Notes: generated by a model from the letters alone, not told the origin. Shown: positions 8,886-20,722, counted from the stretch's first letter. The stretch is 64,000 nucleotides of DNA from an uncultured Acidobacteriota bacterium (GCA_963777605.1 CAVZRV010000007.1:544001-608000), one strand, 5' to 3'. A program made the numbers and translations.

Positions 8886-11183
8886 ATGTCCGCTGAAACA
8901 AAGAAGTGTTTCAAATCAGTCCTGATTGTGTGCTCTCTTCTGCTTGGGGCCCTGTTTCCAGCAGGCTGTGCCTCGGAGAGAATTGCCCCCAACTTCCCCG
9001 GGCCGGAGGACGGGCTGAATTTTGACCAGCCTCCCGAAAGCTGGGATGAGGCGATCCCTCTCGGAAACGGAGCGATGGGAGCGCTCGTCTGGGGGGACGG
9101 CCAACCGATTCGGATCTCACTCGACCGGGCCGACCTCTGGGATCTTCGGCCGGTTCCGGAGTTTTCCTCCCCGGAGTATGACTTCGAGACGATGCGCCGG
9201 TGGCATATGGAAGGCCGTACCGACGACCTCATCCGGCTCTACGAGAAACCTTACAACCGGCCCGCCCCGACGAAGATCCCGGCGGGACGAATCGAACTGG
9301 CGCTGGGACCTGCAGCCGGGGACTTCAGGCAGTCGATCCTTTCTCTCGAGGGCGCCGTGGCAACGACCCGGTTTGATTCAGGAGCTGCCGGTCAGTTTGT
9401 GGTCCACGCAAGCAGGCCGCTTGGGATTATCCGGCTCACCGGGGTTGACCCCTCCAGCGTGAAACCGACTCTTGTGGCTCCAGACTTTGCGGGGGAAGTC
9501 CAGAACCTGGCCTCCGGCGGTATCGAAGCTGGCGACCTCGCCCAGCTCGGATACCCGCCGCCGGAACGAAGTGATGGCCCGGGTTGGACCGCGTTTCACC
9601 AGAAAGGTGCCGAGGGGTTTCACTTCGCCATCTACTTCGCCTGGGCCGCTCAGGGAGACGAGTGGCTTGGGCTGTGGAGTATTTCGTCCAGTCTGGAATC
9701 GGACGACCCGGCGGCGAAAGCCAAAGCAACGGTTGTCTCTGCCCTGGGCACGGGCTGGGAAGAGCTTCTCGCCGAACACCGGCAATGGTGGAAAGACTAT
9801 TGGACCCAGTCCACGGTCCGGCTGCCGAATCCCATTTTGGAGAGGCAATGGTTCCTCGAACAGTACAAGTTCGGTGCGGCCAGCCGGAGGACTGCCCCTC
9901 CGATCAGCCTGCAGGCCGTCTGGACCGCCGACAACGGTGGCCTCCCCCCGTGGAAAGGGGACTTTCACCATGACCTCAACACGGAACTGAGCTACTGGCC
10001 CTGCTACAGTGCGAACCGGCTGACCCAGGGCATGACCTACCTCGACTGGCTCTGGAAGATACGCCCTGCCGGCTATGACTGGACGCGGAGGTTCTTTAAG
10101 CTACCGGGCCTCAACGTTCCGATGACCACCGACCTGGAAGGGCACCAGATTGGTGGCTGGCGCCAGTACACCCACTCGGCAACCACGGCCGCCTGGCTCG
10201 CCCATCACTTCTACCTTCACTGGAAGTACAGCCGGGATCGTGCGTTCCTCGAGCAACAGGCTTACCCGTACCTGCGGGATGCGGCCGTCTTTCTCGACGC
10301 CTTTACGTCACACAAAGACGCCAAGGGTTTGCGCACGTTCCCCCTGAGCTCATCCCCTGAAGTCAACGACAACCGTCCAGACGCCTGGTTCCTGGAACCG
10401 ACGAACTATGACGTTGCGCTTGCCCGTTGGCTTTTCGGAGCAACGGCGGAACTGGCGGATGAACTCGGTCTCAGCGGGGAGGGCGACCACTGGAGAGGAG
10501 TCCTGAATGAGCTTCCAGAGTTGGCAGTTGGAGATGAAGGTCTCCTGGTGGCTCCAAACTACCCGCTGAAGGAATCGCACCGCCACTTCTCTCACCTTAT
10601 GGCCATTCATCCCCTGGGCCTCCTGGATTGGTACCGGGACGGACGGGATCGCGAGATTATCGGCAAGTCGCTTGCCTACCTCGACGAACTGGGCACCGAC
10701 TGGTGGACTGGCTACTCCTTTGCGTGGCTGGCCAACCTGGACGCCCGTATTGGGAACGGAGAGGGTGCCCAAAAAGCCCTCGAAATCTTTTCGACCGCGT
10801 TCACTTTGAAAAACAGCTTCCACTGCAACGGGGACCAGTCCGGCAAAGGTTTCAGCCGTTTCACCTATCGTCCATTCACGCTCGAGGGCAATTTCGCTGC
10901 TGCTGCCGGCATCCAGGAAATGCTTCTGCAAAGCCACGGTGGGATCGTCCGCCTCTTCCCGGCCGTGCCGGACTCCTGGAAAAATGTCGAATTCACGACA
11001 ATGCGGGCGGAAGGCGCGTTCCTGATCTCGGCCGAACGCGCCAACGGAGAGGTGACCCGCGTGGAGATTCTCAGCGAGAAAGGAGGGCCGCTGCGGATTG
11101 CATCACCCAAGGGCGGCCCGGACCTGTCTTTTGAGACCAAGCCGGGACAAACCCTGACCTTGACGACGACCGCCTTCGACTAA
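8886..11183 (+). CDS. GH95-family glycoside hydrolase (alpha-L-fucosidase/L-galactosidase-like), probable lipoprotein
   Basis: WDEAIPLGNGAMGALVWG, PWKGDFHHDLNTELSYWP, SSSPE, SHRHFSHL, TLEGNF...GIQEMLLQSH, RLFPAVP; lipobox-like PAGC. Confidence 0.88.
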   Translation: MSAETKKCFKSVLIVCSLLLGALFPAGCASERIAPNFPGPEDGLNFDQPPESWDEAIPLGNGAMGALVWGDGQPIRISLDRADLWDLRPVPEFSSPEYDFETMRRWHMEGRTDDLIRLYEKPYNRPAPTKIPAGRIELALGPAAGDFRQSILSLEGAVATTRFDSGAAGQFVVHASRPLGIIRLTGVDPSSVKPTLVAPDFAGEVQNLASGGIEAGDLAQLGYPPPERSDGPGWTAFHQKGAEGFHFAIYFAWAAQGDEWLGLWSISSSLESDDPAAKAKATVVSALGTGWEELLAEHRQWWKDYWTQSTVRLPNPILERQWFLEQYKFGAASRRTAPPISLQAVWTADNGGLPPWKGDFHHDLNTELSYWPCYSANRLTQGMTYLDWLWKIRPAGYDWTRRFFKLPGLNVPMTTDLEGHQIGGWRQYTHSATTAAWLAHHFYLHWKYSRDRAFLEQQAYPYLRDAAVFLDAFTSHKDAKGLRTFPLSSSPEVNDNRPDAWFLEPTNYDVALARWLFGATAELADELGLSGEGDHWRGVLNELPELAVGDEGLLVAPNYPLKESHRHFSHLMAIHPLGLLDWYRDGRDREIIGKSLAYLDELGTDWWTGYSFAWLANLDARIGNGEGAQKALEIFSTAFTLKNSFHCNGDQSGKGFSRFTYRPFTLEGNFAAAAGIQEMLLQSHGGIVRLFPAVPDSWKNVEFTTMRAEGAFLISAERANGEVTRVEILSEKGGPLRIASPKGGPDLSFETKPGQTLTLTTTAFD

Positions 11184-11201
11184 TCTGCGCTCGCCCTCCC
11201 C

Positions 11202-14200
11202 TCATTCCGCAACGGTGGGAGGGTTGCCCTCGGACGCTTCCCCGTGCTGATCGGCAGGCGCCCCGTGGATCCACTCCCGCATAGTCTGAGTGACCACGAA
11301 GAAGGACGGGATCAAGAGGATTGCCAGAACGGTCGCAGCGATCATCCCGCCGAACACCGTGGTCCCCAAAGATCGTCGGGCCACCGAACCGGCGCCCGAA
11401 GCCCAGACCAGCGGAGTGACGCCGAGGACGAAAGTCAGCGCGGTCATCATGACCGCCCGGAATCGGAGTCTCGCGGCTTCGACGGCCGCCTCAACGATCG
11501 AGAGTCGCTTCCGTTCCCGCAAGACTTTGGCAAACTCGACGATCAGGATCGCGTTCTTTGCCGAGAGACCAACCAGCATGACGAGACCGACCTGCGCATA
11601 GAGATCGAGATTGAGGCGCGCGACGATCAACCCAACCAGCGCGCCCAGGACCGAGACCGGGACCGAGAGCATGACCGCCGTTGGCACCGTCCAGCTTTCG
11701 TATTGGGCGACCAGAAAGAGGTAGGAAAAGACCAGCGCCAAACCAAACAGGATGGGCCCCTGGGATCCCGCCGACTGCTCCTGATAGGCCATTCCCGACC
11801 ACTCAACCTGCATCCCTCGGGGAAGGACCCGGGCGGCAATCTCTTTTACGGCTGCCATTGCTTCGCTCGAACTTCGGCCGGGAGCAGGCTCTCCGTTGAT
11901 GGTGATCGCCCGAAACATGTTGAACCGGCTAATCGATTCCGGTCCCGTGCGCGGCTCCAGGCTGACCAGAGTGTTGAGCGGAATCATGTCACCCGAGTTG
12001 CTCTTGACGTAGAGCCGGCCGATGTCTTCAAGATTGCTCCGGTAAGGCAGTCCCGCCTGGACGATCACCCGGAATACTCGCCCGAACTTGTTGAAATCAT
12101 TGACATAGACCGACCCCAACTGGGTCTGGAGGGTACGAAAGATGTCTCCGACGGGCACGCCGAGCGCCTGGGCCTGCTTCCGGTCCACATTCAGGCGAAG
12201 CTGGGGAACGCTCGACAGGTAGGTGCTGAACATGTTTCGAATACGGGGGTCCTGGTTGCCGGCGACAACCAGGGCGCGCATCGCCTGGGCCAGAGTCTGG
12301 GGGTCGCCTCCGCCGAGATCCTCGAGCTGCATCTCGAAGCCGGCAGTCTGCCCCAGGCCGCGGATCGGAGGAGTCTGGTAGGCAAACATGACCGCTCCCT
12401 GGATTTGTCCCACCTTTTCCCGGATCTGGCGCAGGATGTTGTTGATGGACAAGTCGGGTGTTGTTCGCTTGCCCCAGTCGTCCAGGCCAATGATGATTCG
12501 GGCCGAGTTGGCTCCCCCGGAACCGCCGATCGTGTTGATCCGGAAAACCCCCGGAATAGGCAGGATCGCTTTTTCGACCTGCTGCGTGACCTGTGAGGTC
12601 CGCGCGAGAGAGGCACCGTCCGGCAGAAGGACGTTGGAGAAAACCACCCCCTGGTCTTCCGTGGGGAGGAATCCCTTCGGCATATCCACGTAGAGCCGGT
12701 ACACCACGCCGACGACGATACAGAACAGGAGGAAGGGCAATACGAGGTAGCGCGCCAGAAAGCGCACGTTGAACCGGTACCCGCGCGTCATGAAACCGAA
12801 CAGGACGTTGAACCAGCGCAGGAAGAAGATCGGCCGCGGGGGAGTTCTCCTCAGCAGGTGGGCACAGAGGGCAGGGCTCAGACTCAACGCCACAAAAGCT
12901 GAAATAGTGAATGAAATAACGATCGTGACCGCGAACTGTCGGTACAGCTCGCCGGTAATGCCGGGAGTGAAAGCGACCGGGACAAAGACGGCGGCAAGGA
13001 CCAGGGCTGATGCGATGATCGGCCCGGTGACCTCTCCCATTGCCACGATGGCCGCATCCCTTCGCCTGAGCCCATCTTCGAGGTGGCGCTGAACGTTCTC
13101 AATAACGATGATCGCATCATCGACAACCAACCCGATTGCCAGGACCAGCCCGAACAGCGTCAGTGAGTTTATCGAGTATCCCAACAAGTTCAGGAATGCG
13201 AACGTACCGATCAAAGAAACCGGAATGGCCGCCGTCGGCACGAGAGTCGCCCTCCAGTCCTGGAGAAAGACGAAGACCACCAGCACGACAAGACCGAGAG
13301 CGATAAACAGGGTTCGTACGAGCTCGCGCAGCGATTCGGTGATGTAGAGAGTTTCATCCCGAACGATCGAGTAGTCTACGTCGTCGGGGAACTGGGTCGC
13401 CAGCTTCTCGAGGGAGGCCCTGACTCCCTGCGCCACGTCGAGAGCATTGGCCTCGGGCAACTGGAAGATCCCAAAGACCACGCTCGGTTTCCCGTTCAGA
13501 CGACCGAAGGAATTGTAGCTCTGCGCCCCCAATTCGACCTGGGCCAGGTCGGAAATTCGCACCATTGAACCGTTCTGGTTTGCCCGAACGATGATGTCTC
13601 CGAATTCCGACTCTTCGGTCAGCCGGCCCTTGGATAGGATGGAGTACTGAAATTGCTGGTCGGGAGAAGAAGGGGCAGCCCCAATCTCGCCGGCAGCCGC
13701 CTGGATGTTCTGGTCCCGAATCGCCTGCACGACATCCGACGTACCGATTCCAAGACTGGTCATGCGATCGGGATCGAGCCAGATCCTCATCCCGTAGTCG
13801 CGGGCCGTAAAAATGTTGACCTCCCCCACTCCGGAGACCCGGGAGAGGGCATCCTTGAGGTAGATTCCCGCATAGTTGCCCAGGAAGATATCGTCATAGG
13901 TCCCGTTGGGAGAGTAGAGGTTGATCACCATCAGCATGGTGGTCGACATCTTCCTCACCGAAACCCCTCTCTGGACTACTTCGCCCGGGAGTTGAGGAGT
14001 GGCCAGCGCCACCCGGTTCTGAACATTGACCGCCGCGATATCGGGATCAGTCCCGACATCAAATGTGACCGTCAGGTTGTAACCGCCACCGTTCGAACTG
14101 GTCGAAGTCATGTAGATCATGTCTTCGACGCCATTCACCTGCTGCTCGATCGGTGCGGCTACGGTGGCCTCGACCACTTCGGCGCTGGCACCCGGGTAGA

Positions 14201-14345
14201 CCGCCTGGATCCGCACCTGGGGCGGGGTAATTTCCGGGTACATGGAGATCGGCAACTGGGTGATGCTGATCGCCCCGGCCATGACAATGACCAGAGAGAT
14301 CACGATGGCGAATTTGGGTCGGTCGATGAAAAATCTACTTAGCAC
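11202..14345 (-). CDS. RND efflux permease (HAE1, AcrB/MexB family)
   Basis: GTG start ([12 protein letters not shown]) with GGAGG RBS; [34 protein letters not shown] proton-relay motifs. Confidence 0.95.
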   Translation of the reverse strand: MLSRFFIDRPKFAIVISLVIVMAGAISITQLPISMYPEITPPQVRIQAVYPGASAEVVEATVAAPIEQQVNGVEDMIYMTSTSSNGGGYNLTVTFDVGTDPDIAAVNVQNRVALATPQLPGEVVQRGVSVRKMSTTMLMVINLYSPNGTYDDIFLGNYAGIYLKDALSRVSGVGEVNIFTARDYGMRIWLDPDRMTSLGIGTSDVVQAIRDQNIQAAAGEIGAAPSSPDQQFQYSILSKGRLTEESEFGDIIVRANQNGSMVRISDLAQVELGAQSYNSFGRLNGKPSVVFGIFQLPEANALDVAQGVRASLEKLATQFPDDVDYSIVRDETLYITESLRELVRTLFIALGLVVLVVFVFLQDWRATLVPTAAIPVSLIGTFAFLNLLGYSINSLTLFGLVLAIGLVVDDAIIVIENVQRHLEDGLRRRDAAIVAMGEVTGPIIASALVLAAVFVPVAFTPGITGELYRQFAVTIVISFTISAFVALSLSPALCAHLLRRTPPRPIFFLRWFNVLFGFMTRGYRFNVRFLARYLVLPFLLFCIVVGVVYRLYVDMPKGFLPTEDQGVVFSNVLLPDGASLARTSQVTQQVEKAILPIPGVFRINTIGGSGGANSARIIIGLDDWGKRTTPDLSINNILRQIREKVGQIQGAVMFAYQTPPIRGLGQTAGFEMQLEDLGGGDPQTLAQAMRALVVAGNQDPRIRNMFSTYLSSVPQLRLNVDRKQAQALGVPVGDIFRTLQTQLGSVYVNDFNKFGRVFRVIVQAGLPYRSNLEDIGRLYVKSNSGDMIPLNTLVSLEPRTGPESISRFNMFRAITINGEPAPGRSSSEAMAAVKEIAARVLPRGMQVEWSGMAYQEQSAGSQGPILFGLALVFSYLFLVAQYESWTVPTAVMLSVPVSVLGALVGLIVARLNLDLYAQVGLVMLVGLSAKNAILIVEFAKVLRERKRLSIVEAAVEAARLRFRAVMMTALTFVLGVTPLVWASGAGSVARRSLGTTVFGGMIAATVLAILLIPSFFVVTQTMREWIHGAPADQHGEASEGNPPTVAE

Positions 14346-15558
14346 CGGATCGACCCTCCGGCCCCTGGCTCGCGTCCTGAAGTGACGGAACGACCTCTGC
14401 ACCCGCCGTCACTTTTTGAATCCCCTCCGAGATGACCCATTCCCCCGAAGACAGGCCATCCGTGACAATCCAGCCGGTTCCGAATTCATTCCCCAGGGAG
14501 ATCCGCCGAATCTCGGCGACCTTCTTGTTCGGATCGACGGTGAATACGTAAGGGCCGACCTGGTCACGCTGGACCGAAGACTGCGGCACCACCAGTCGCT
14601 CCACGGTGGCCCGTTCGGACTGGATCACCGTCACGAACTGGCCCGGCCGGAGCAGCAGCCTGGGGTTGGGGAAGGTGGCCCGAAGCATGATGGTTCCGGT
14701 CGCCTTGTCCACCCGGTTATCCTGAAAATCGATCTTCCCGGGGTGGGGATAGACGGAGTCGTCAACCAGTCGGATCGTTGGCACCAGGGCCGACAGGGTG
14801 GGATTGCCTCCACTCTTCCTCTGAAGTTCGAGATAGTCCCGGTCGCTGACGGGGAAAGAAACCCAAATCGGATTGAGCTGGACAATCGTCGCCAGGACTC
14901 CACTGTCCGGGCCGACCAGGTTTCCCACGTGGACCGAAGTGCGCCCAATTCTCCCGCTGATCGGGGCCCGGATTTCGGTGTAACCCAGGTTCAGTCGGGA
15001 CTGAGTCAGCTGGGCACGGCGTTCCTTCAGAAGTGCTCTGGTTTCGAGAACGGTCCTTTCGGCAGTATCCAGGGCGGCCTCCGAAGCCCCCCCGGAACCG
15101 GCAACCCGGTTGACCCGTGCCAAATACTTCTCGGCATTGGCCAAAGTGGCCTCCGTCTGCGCGACGGCCGCTTCAGCCACGGCAAGCGCGGCCTGGTAGG
15201 GTTCCTGCTCGATCACGTACAGGAGATCCCCCTCCCGCACATCGCGGCCCTCTACGAAACTGCGCTGCATCAGGAAACCGGTAACCCGGGCCCGCAGGTC
15301 GACAACAGAGACGGCTTCGGTCCTACCGATGTACTTAGAGCTTTCGGCAACCGCCACTTCACCGACCGGCGTGACGGTCACGGCAGGTGGGGGAGCGGGA
15401 GGAGGGCCTTCCTCCTCGTTGCGAGAGGCACACCCGGGAAACAGTAATCCGACGACCACCAAACCGAGTGCAGTTAGCCTCCGGGGCCGGCGGAATGCCG
15501 AAAAACACCGATTCAGTGGTCCGTTCCCGAAATAGCGTAACAATCGTTTATCGGTCAT
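14335..15558 (-). CDS. RND periplasmic adaptor (membrane fusion protein)
   Basis: Lipobox-like FPGC; LRARVTGFL...[35 protein letters not shown]...LRPGQF. Confidence 0.95.
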   Translation of the reverse strand: MTDKRLLRYFGNGPLNRCFSAFRRPRRLTALGLVVVGLLFPGCASRNEEEGPPPAPPPAVTVTPVGEVAVAESSKYIGRTEAVSVVDLRARVTGFLMQRSFVEGRDVREGDLLYVIEQEPYQAALAVAEAAVAQTEATLANAEKYLARVNRVAGSGGASEAALDTAERTVLETRALLKERRAQLTQSRLNLGYTEIRAPISGRIGRTSVHVGNLVGPDSGVLATIVQLNPIWVSFPVSDRDYLELQRKSGGNPTLSALVPTIRLVDDSVYPHPGKIDFQDNRVDKATGTIMLRATFPNPRLLLRPGQFVTVIQSERATVERLVVPQSSVQRDQVGPYVFTVDPNKKVAEIRRISLGNEFGTGWIVTDGLSSGEWVISEGIQKVTAGAEVVPSLQDASQGPEGRSGAK

Positions 15559-17054
15559 TGAACCGACCCACCATCGGTCGTCTGTTTCGAAGCGTTCTGC
15601 TGTCCAGGAACTGCAGAAGGAGGAACCGGAATCCAGCCGCCACCGAGAGCCTTGTAAAGCCGGATCAGATCCGAGGTCACGGCGGCACTGTTTTGTGCCA
15701 GCTGATCCTGAAAAGAGAGCACAGCGCGCTGGGATTCCAAGACAGGCTGAAAATCGACCAGTCCGGCTCCGTAGGTCTCCTGAACGAGGTTCAAGGCCCG
15801 CTCGGCAGCGGCGGATCCTTCTTCCAGAGAGCGCCGCCTGACCTGATCATCCCCGTAGGAAACAAGGCTGTTTTCGACTTCTCCGAGGGCCGAAAGAATG
15901 GCCGACTCATAGTCGATCAGGGCCTGTTCCTGGAGCGCGTTTTGGACCTCTATGTTCTGCCGAATTCGATTGGCATCGAAAATCGTGTAAAAGGCACTTC
16001 CGGCAAACGACCCGATCAGGTTGCCGAGCGAAAGGGGATTTCCCTTTGTGATGGTCTCGTAGCCGATCGTCCCGGAAAGGGCGAAGCTCGGGTATCGGTC
16101 AGCGGTGGCGACTCCGATCGCGGCTGTCCGGGCTGCCAGAACCCGTTCAGCGTGGCGGATGTCAGGCCGGCGACGCAGTGTCTCGGCGGGAACTCCAACA
16201 ACGATCGTCGGAGGTCCAATTGGAACTTTTTCGGTCTCCTGGAGTTCGTCCGACAGCTCGCCGGGATTCTCGCCGATGAGCACCGCCAGTCGGTTCTTGG
16301 CCTGTTCGAGGAGAATTCTCAGCGTAGGAATCCGGGACCGGGTGTCGGCCACGCTGTACTGGGCCTGATCCACATCGAGCCGCGTCGTAAGGCCGGCCGA
16401 GAAGATATCCTGGGCCAGCCCGAGACTATGCTCCTGAATTTCCAGGTTGCGCTGGGCGATTTCGAGCTGGTTCTGATACTGGCGAACTTCGACGTAGTTC
16501 AGAGCGACCTCGGCCAGGAGACTCACCAGAATATCTCTGAGGGATTCTCCGGCGGCATCGAGGTTGGCTTCGGCGAGTTCGATCGAGCGTTTGACCCGTC
16601 CAAATACATCGACCTCCCATCCGGCATCGAAACCGACGCCGAAGAGCCCTCCGTTGGCGGCATTTCCCTTGCGATCAGAAGCGCGTTGGAAAGCCATTAC
16701 GCCCGACGAAGTCACGGTCGGGAAACGATCAGCCTCGACAACTCCCCGCCGGGCCCGAGCTTCCCTGAGGACCGCCTCGGCCTTCCGCAGGCCGAGGTTG
16801 CCGGCGACGGCACGTTTGATCAGGCTGTCCAGAACCGGGTCGTTGAAGGTGTCCCACCAATGGTCCAGCGAGTCGTCGGACGACGCATCGAAGGCGATTC
16901 CTTCAGGTGTCTGGGCATGCCACTTGGGCGGAGGAACGATTTCCGGCTGCTTGTAGTCAGGACCAACCGTTCGACAACCCAACCAGCCAAACACAAGCGT
17001 GCAGACGAGGAGTACGAGCAACCGCTCCGGTCGTTGCAGCACCCTGCGCCCCAT
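15555..17054 (-). CDS. RND outer-membrane factor lipoprotein (NodT/OprM family)
   Basis: LGC-RTVGPDY..P lipoprotein start, WWDTFNDPVL, WEVDVFGR, RRPDIR.AE, C-terminal LYKALGGGW. Confidence 0.95.
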   Translation of the reverse strand: MGRRVLQRPERLLVLLVCTLVFGWLGCRTVGPDYKQPEIVPPPKWHAQTPEGIAFDASSDDSLDHWWDTFNDPVLDSLIKRAVAGNLGLRKAEAVLREARARRGVVEADRFPTVTSSGVMAFQRASDRKGNAANGGLFGVGFDAGWEVDVFGRVKRSIELAEANLDAAGESLRDILVSLLAEVALNYVEVRQYQNQLEIAQRNLEIQEHSLGLAQDIFSAGLTTRLDVDQAQYSVADTRSRIPTLRILLEQAKNRLAVLIGENPGELSDELQETEKVPIGPPTIVVGVPAETLRRRPDIRHAERVLAARTAAIGVATADRYPSFALSGTIGYETITKGNPLSLGNLIGSFAGSAFYTIFDANRIRQNIEVQNALQEQALIDYESAILSALGEVENSLVSYGDDQVRRRSLEEGSAAAERALNLVQETYGAGLVDFQPVLESQRAVLSFQDQLAQNSAAVTSDLIRLYKALGGGWIPVPPSAVPGQQNASKQTTDGGSVQ

Positions 17055-17255
17055 AGTTAAAACCTACCCCCACACGACATTGAATCTTCTTCCCAGTCAC
17101 TCGGCCCTGTGAGCATCAAAGATACAGCAATCCCAGCCCCAGGATCACTTAAGGAATACTCTCGAGAAGCCCTCAGCGTTACGGCAAACTGAGCAAGATC
17201 CTTCGGCGATCACGATCCGGTTCCGGAAGGCCCGGAACCACACCCGGACCGAAGT

Positions 17256-18413
17256 CTACCGGGTTTCTCCCGGGACGGCATTTCCAGCATACCCGTCCGA
17301 GAGAGTCCTGAGGAACGCAACGATATCGAGGACTTCCTGCTCGGAAAGTCCCAGGTCGCCCAGTTCGAAGTGATTCACGTTATCGGCCACCTCGGGGACG
17401 GGCCACGCAGCGACGTCCCGAGTGTTGTAAAACGCCACCACCTCGTGCAGAGTCTTGAAGAGCCCGTTGTGCATATAGGGACCAGTCTCCGCAACGTTTC
17501 GCAATGTGGGAACGCGGAATTTGCCGTTCTCCTCCGACTTTTCGACAACAACCCCCAGCCCCAGGTCTGTCCACTGCAAGCCTTCAGGATTCAGTTCAGG
17601 GCTGAGGTAATAGAAGGGATTCTCCGGGTTCCGCGGCACTCCCAAGTTGTCGTAAGTGTGGTCCGAGAAGAGTGGAGGCGTGCCGTCAGCCGCGGGTCGG
17701 GTCGGGTGACAGGATGCACAATTTCCCTTTCCCGGATCCTCGAAGAGTGCCAACCCGCGAAGTTCAGCATCAGAGAGTTCGGCCTTACCGTGCAGGTAGA
17801 GGTCATACTTGGAGCTGAACTGGTTGACCTCGCGAGATGATTCCCAGGCCGCGATAGCCTCCGCCATGTGGCGAAACGCCTGCTCCGGGTCGTCGAGCGC
17901 ATCCTTGCCGAAGACCGTCCGAAACTGCTCGGCGTAGCTTGCCCGGCGCAGGGATCCCACAACAGTTGCCACATCCGGATTGGCCATCTCGAGAGGATTC
18001 AGGGGAGGGCCCTGGGCCTGCGCCACGAGATCGGCGGCACGACCGTCCCAAAACAGCCCTCCAACGTATCCCCCCTGTGACTCATCGTAATGGAGTGGGG
18101 GTATGTACGAGGCATAAGCGGCAGTGAGATCATTTCTGCCCCCAAACCGGTCGGGGTGCACGCCCTGGGAGACCGGAAGCTCCCGTACCGGGTTGGAAAA
18201 TCCCGCATCCGGCGAGTGGCAGTCGGCACACGCCTGACCGGCCGGCGTGGAAAGACCGGGGTCAAAGAAGAGTTGCTTCCCCAACGCTTCGATCGCCGTC
18301 AATTGAAACACCGGCTGCGCAGGCTCCACCTTTTGTGGAACGGAGCAGGACGTCGCCGACAACAATCCCAAGAGTGCTATCGAGAGCACGAAAAGTACCC
18401 TGTGCATTGGCAT
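17256..18413 (-). CDS. Di-heme cytochrome c peroxidase/MauG-family lipoprotein
   Basis: Two heme motifs CADCH and CASCH; LGKQLFFDP.LS, LFWDGRA, GKFRVPTLRNV..TGPYMHNG; lipobox-like ATSC. Confidence 0.9.
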   Translation of the reverse strand: MPMHRVLFVLSIALLGLLSATSCSVPQKVEPAQPVFQLTAIEALGKQLFFDPGLSTPAGQACADCHSPDAGFSNPVRELPVSQGVHPDRFGGRNDLTAAYASYIPPLHYDESQGGYVGGLFWDGRAADLVAQAQGPPLNPLEMANPDVATVVGSLRRASYAEQFRTVFGKDALDDPEQAFRHMAEAIAAWESSREVNQFSSKYDLYLHGKAELSDAELRGLALFEDPGKGNCASCHPTRPAADGTPPLFSDHTYDNLGVPRNPENPFYYLSPELNPEGLQWTDLGLGVVVEKSEENGKFRVPTLRNVAETGPYMHNGLFKTLHEVVAFYNTRDVAAWPVPEVADNVNHFELGDLGLSEQEVLDIVAFLRTLSDGYAGNAVPGETR

Positions 18414-18508
18414 TGAGAGGCCTCCCACCGCTCGATTCTACGTCCCGGCCGGCCCGGCATCCAGCCAATTCCACAGTTGCAGGCCCGATGGCACGGTGAC
18501 CAAAACCG

Positions 18509-19351
18509 TCAGGAGTGGAGCTTCCGGAATTCTGCCAGGCAACGCTTCGAGGTTTCCAGGGACGGAAACCTCGAGCCCTCCTGTTCGACCAGGTAGTACT
18601 CGACGCCGCCTGCGCGCTCCGCAGCCGCGAAAATCCGCTTCCACGGTGCCGCTCCTTCGCCGAGCAGGACCTCGTATCCCTTCCCCGGTTCAGGAGACCA
18701 GTCTTTGCAGTGAATCGAGCGAAGCCGCCCCGGGTTCCGCTCGATCCAGGCAACAGGATCCCGGCCCGCCTTCAGGCAGGTCCCCACGTCGAGTTGCAGG
18801 ACGACCTCGGGCCTCGTGTTGGCTGCAAGGACTTCTAGCGGGAGCTTCCCCTCAACGGGTGTGAACTCGGCTTCATGATTGTGAAAGCCGGCACTGATCC
18901 CGGCCGGCTTCATCCTGGCCGCACCGTCGTTGAGCAGATCGGCGACCTTCTTCCACCCATCCAGTCCTTCCACCCGCCCGGCGCTTGCCATCACGATCAT
19001 CCGGCTTCCGATGATTTGATTGAGCTCGATCGCCTTGTCAATATTCTCGGGGCGGAAATTGGCACTGTCGTTGTGAGTCGAAAAACAGGCGATACCGAGA
19101 TCATCCAGGTGCTTCCTGACCTTCCTGGCGTAGTCGGTTGTCCATTCGAAGTAGGGGCCGTAAAACTCAACCCCATGGTAGCCCATTTCGGCAACAGCCC
19201 GAACCGTTCCCATCAGGTCCTTTTGCAGTTCGTCTCTGACCGAATAGAGTTCCAGGCCGACTGGAACCGCACTCCCTTTCACCGCGCCAACCAGAAGCGG
19301 GCTCAGCGCGACGGATGCGACAAACGAGCGACGCGAAATCTGACTCTTCAT
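18509..19351 (-). CDS. Tat-exported sugar phosphate isomerase/epimerase (xylose-isomerase-like TIM barrel)
   Basis: SRRSFV Tat motif; GLELYSVRD, FHNHEAEF, QLDVG, IHCKD, YLVEQE. Confidence 0.88.
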   Translation of the reverse strand: MKSQISRRSFVASVALSPLLVGAVKGSAVPVGLELYSVRDELQKDLMGTVRAVAEMGYHGVEFYGPYFEWTTDYARKVRKHLDDLGIACFSTHNDSANFRPENIDKAIELNQIIGSRMIVMASAGRVEGLDGWKKVADLLNDGAARMKPAGISAGFHNHEAEFTPVEGKLPLEVLAANTRPEVVLQLDVGTCLKAGRDPVAWIERNPGRLRSIHCKDWSPEPGKGYEVLLGEGAAPWKRIFAAAERAGGVEYYLVEQEGSRFPSLETSKRCLAEFRKLHS

Positions 19352-19378
19352 AACCTTGGAAAATACCACAGTCCCGGT

Positions 19379-20722
19379 TCATTCGGAGAGCAGGACTACG
19401 ACTCCGCCTTCAGTTGGTCCCCCCAGGATTCCACTCAGACCGCTGGTCAGATCCTCCTCCCGAAATGATGGAAATGCCTCGAGGATCAACTTCAATCTGC
19501 GGGCTCCGTCTCCCTGAAGGCTATGCCAGTTCAGTGGAGGGCCGCCATTGATCGGAACCCGCTGCCTTGTTTCGACACCGTGTCCGAACCGGTAACTCAG
19601 GACCTCCAGTTCCGAATCCTCCTCGTCCCAGACGATCAGATTCCAAAACTTGAAGTGAAACACTTCGCCCGCTTTTCCGAAACCGGCGCCACCGTTACGG
19701 ATTTCCTCCTCGATCAGGCGGAGGGCTGCGGACGCCGTCACGGCCGAATCCATCTCCCCCGACTCCAGCACCCGTCCCATTGCGATCCGGACCATGCCTT
19801 CTACGTTCCACAGTCCAAGAAAGTCTCCGTTCGGCTGCCCGCCGAATCGCATCGCCAGAAGTCTGAACTTGCCCAGGCGTGCCATTCCCGGCTTCCAAAG
19901 AGACTCTCCAAAGCGGGCTGCGAGATCGGTCGGCTTGCGAAATTGCTCTGCCTCGATGACCGCCCTTTTCATCCTGAGGAGAGTCTCTTCAAGAAGACTG
20001 GTCATGGTGTTGAATGTGTTCCCCAGATCGTTGAACTCACCGAGTAACCCGGGCTCCACCCGGCGGCTGTAGCGTCCCTCCGCCACAAATCGGGTCGCCT
20101 CCCTGAGGTCTTTTACCGAGCCGGCAATCATTCTCCCAGTCAACCCCGTTGCCAACAACCCCAGGAGGAGGGTGACACCAAACAACGCAGCGCTTCCGTA
20201 CAAGACGGCGCGTCGGGATTGCAGCACCCAGGATCCGTCAAGTTCGAGTTCCATCAGCGCGAACGGGCCCGCGGGCGTCACCAAAGGTACCAGCGCAACG
20301 ATCCTTCCGTCCTCGTCCGTCCCCTGTTGCTCCGGCATTGAAAAGAGAACATTCTCCCGTGCTCGGAGCGGCCGCCCATCGAATTTCTGGCGAACTGCGG
20401 TGACACGAGGTTCGCCAAGAGTCCAGAGAGGGGCACCATCCGTAACATCCTTGATCGAAACACTGCCGATCGGATTTGCCACCAGTACGCGTTTCACCGA
20501 GGTGACGAAGGAGAATCGCGAACGGTCCCCCGCCGCCAGCTCCTGCCTCACCCGATCGGAACTGAGAAACTCGGCCAGTGCAACGGCGGTCCCGTAGACT
20601 TCTTCCTGACAGGCGAACTCAATTTCATCCCGACGAGTGACATAGTTGAGCGTAGCCAGAACGGCCCCCAGGAAGATGAAAACCGGCATCAGTGTCAAGA
20701 TGATCTGAAGCCGAATCTTCAA
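19379..20722 (-). CDS. Membrane sensor: TM-periplasmic domain-TM-HAMP-degenerate SpoIIE/PP2C-like domain
   Basis: Two TMs; HAMP SVKDLREATRFVAEGRYS...EFNDLGNTFNTMT; C-terminal NGDFLGLW...IAMGRV...AVTASAA resembles PP2C GGDF/GDV motifs with Asp lost; TTGA overlap with the upstream stop. Confidence 0.65.
   Translation of the reverse strand: MKIRLQIILTLMPVFIFLGAVLATLNYVTRRDEIEFACQEEVYGTAVALAEFLSSDRVRQELAAGDRSRFSFVTSVKRVLVANPIGSVSIKDVTDGAPLWTLGEPRVTAVRQKFDGRPLRARENVLFSMPEQQGTDEDGRIVALVPLVTPAGPFALMELELDGSWVLQSRRAVLYGSAALFGVTLLLGLLATGLTGRMIAGSVKDLREATRFVAEGRYSRRVEPGLLGEFNDLGNTFNTMTSLLEETLLRMKRAVIEAEQFRKPTDLAARFGESLWKPGMARLGKFRLLAMRFGGQPNGDFLGLWNVEGMVRIAMGRVLESGEMDSAVTASAALRLIEEEIRNGGAGFGKAGEVFHFKFWNLIVWDEEDSELEVLSYRFGHGVETRQRVPINGGPPLNWHSLQGDGARRLKLILEAFPSFREEDLTSGLSGILGGPTEGGVVVLLSE

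Noticed and set aside
11244-15447. Long plus-strand ORFs (450, 229 and 343 aa)
   Set aside because: Antisense to the clearly real RND permease and adaptor genes.
15387-17060. 557-aa plus-strand ORF
   Set aside because: Antisense shadow of the OMF gene; no motifs; long shadow ORFs are expected at this GC content.
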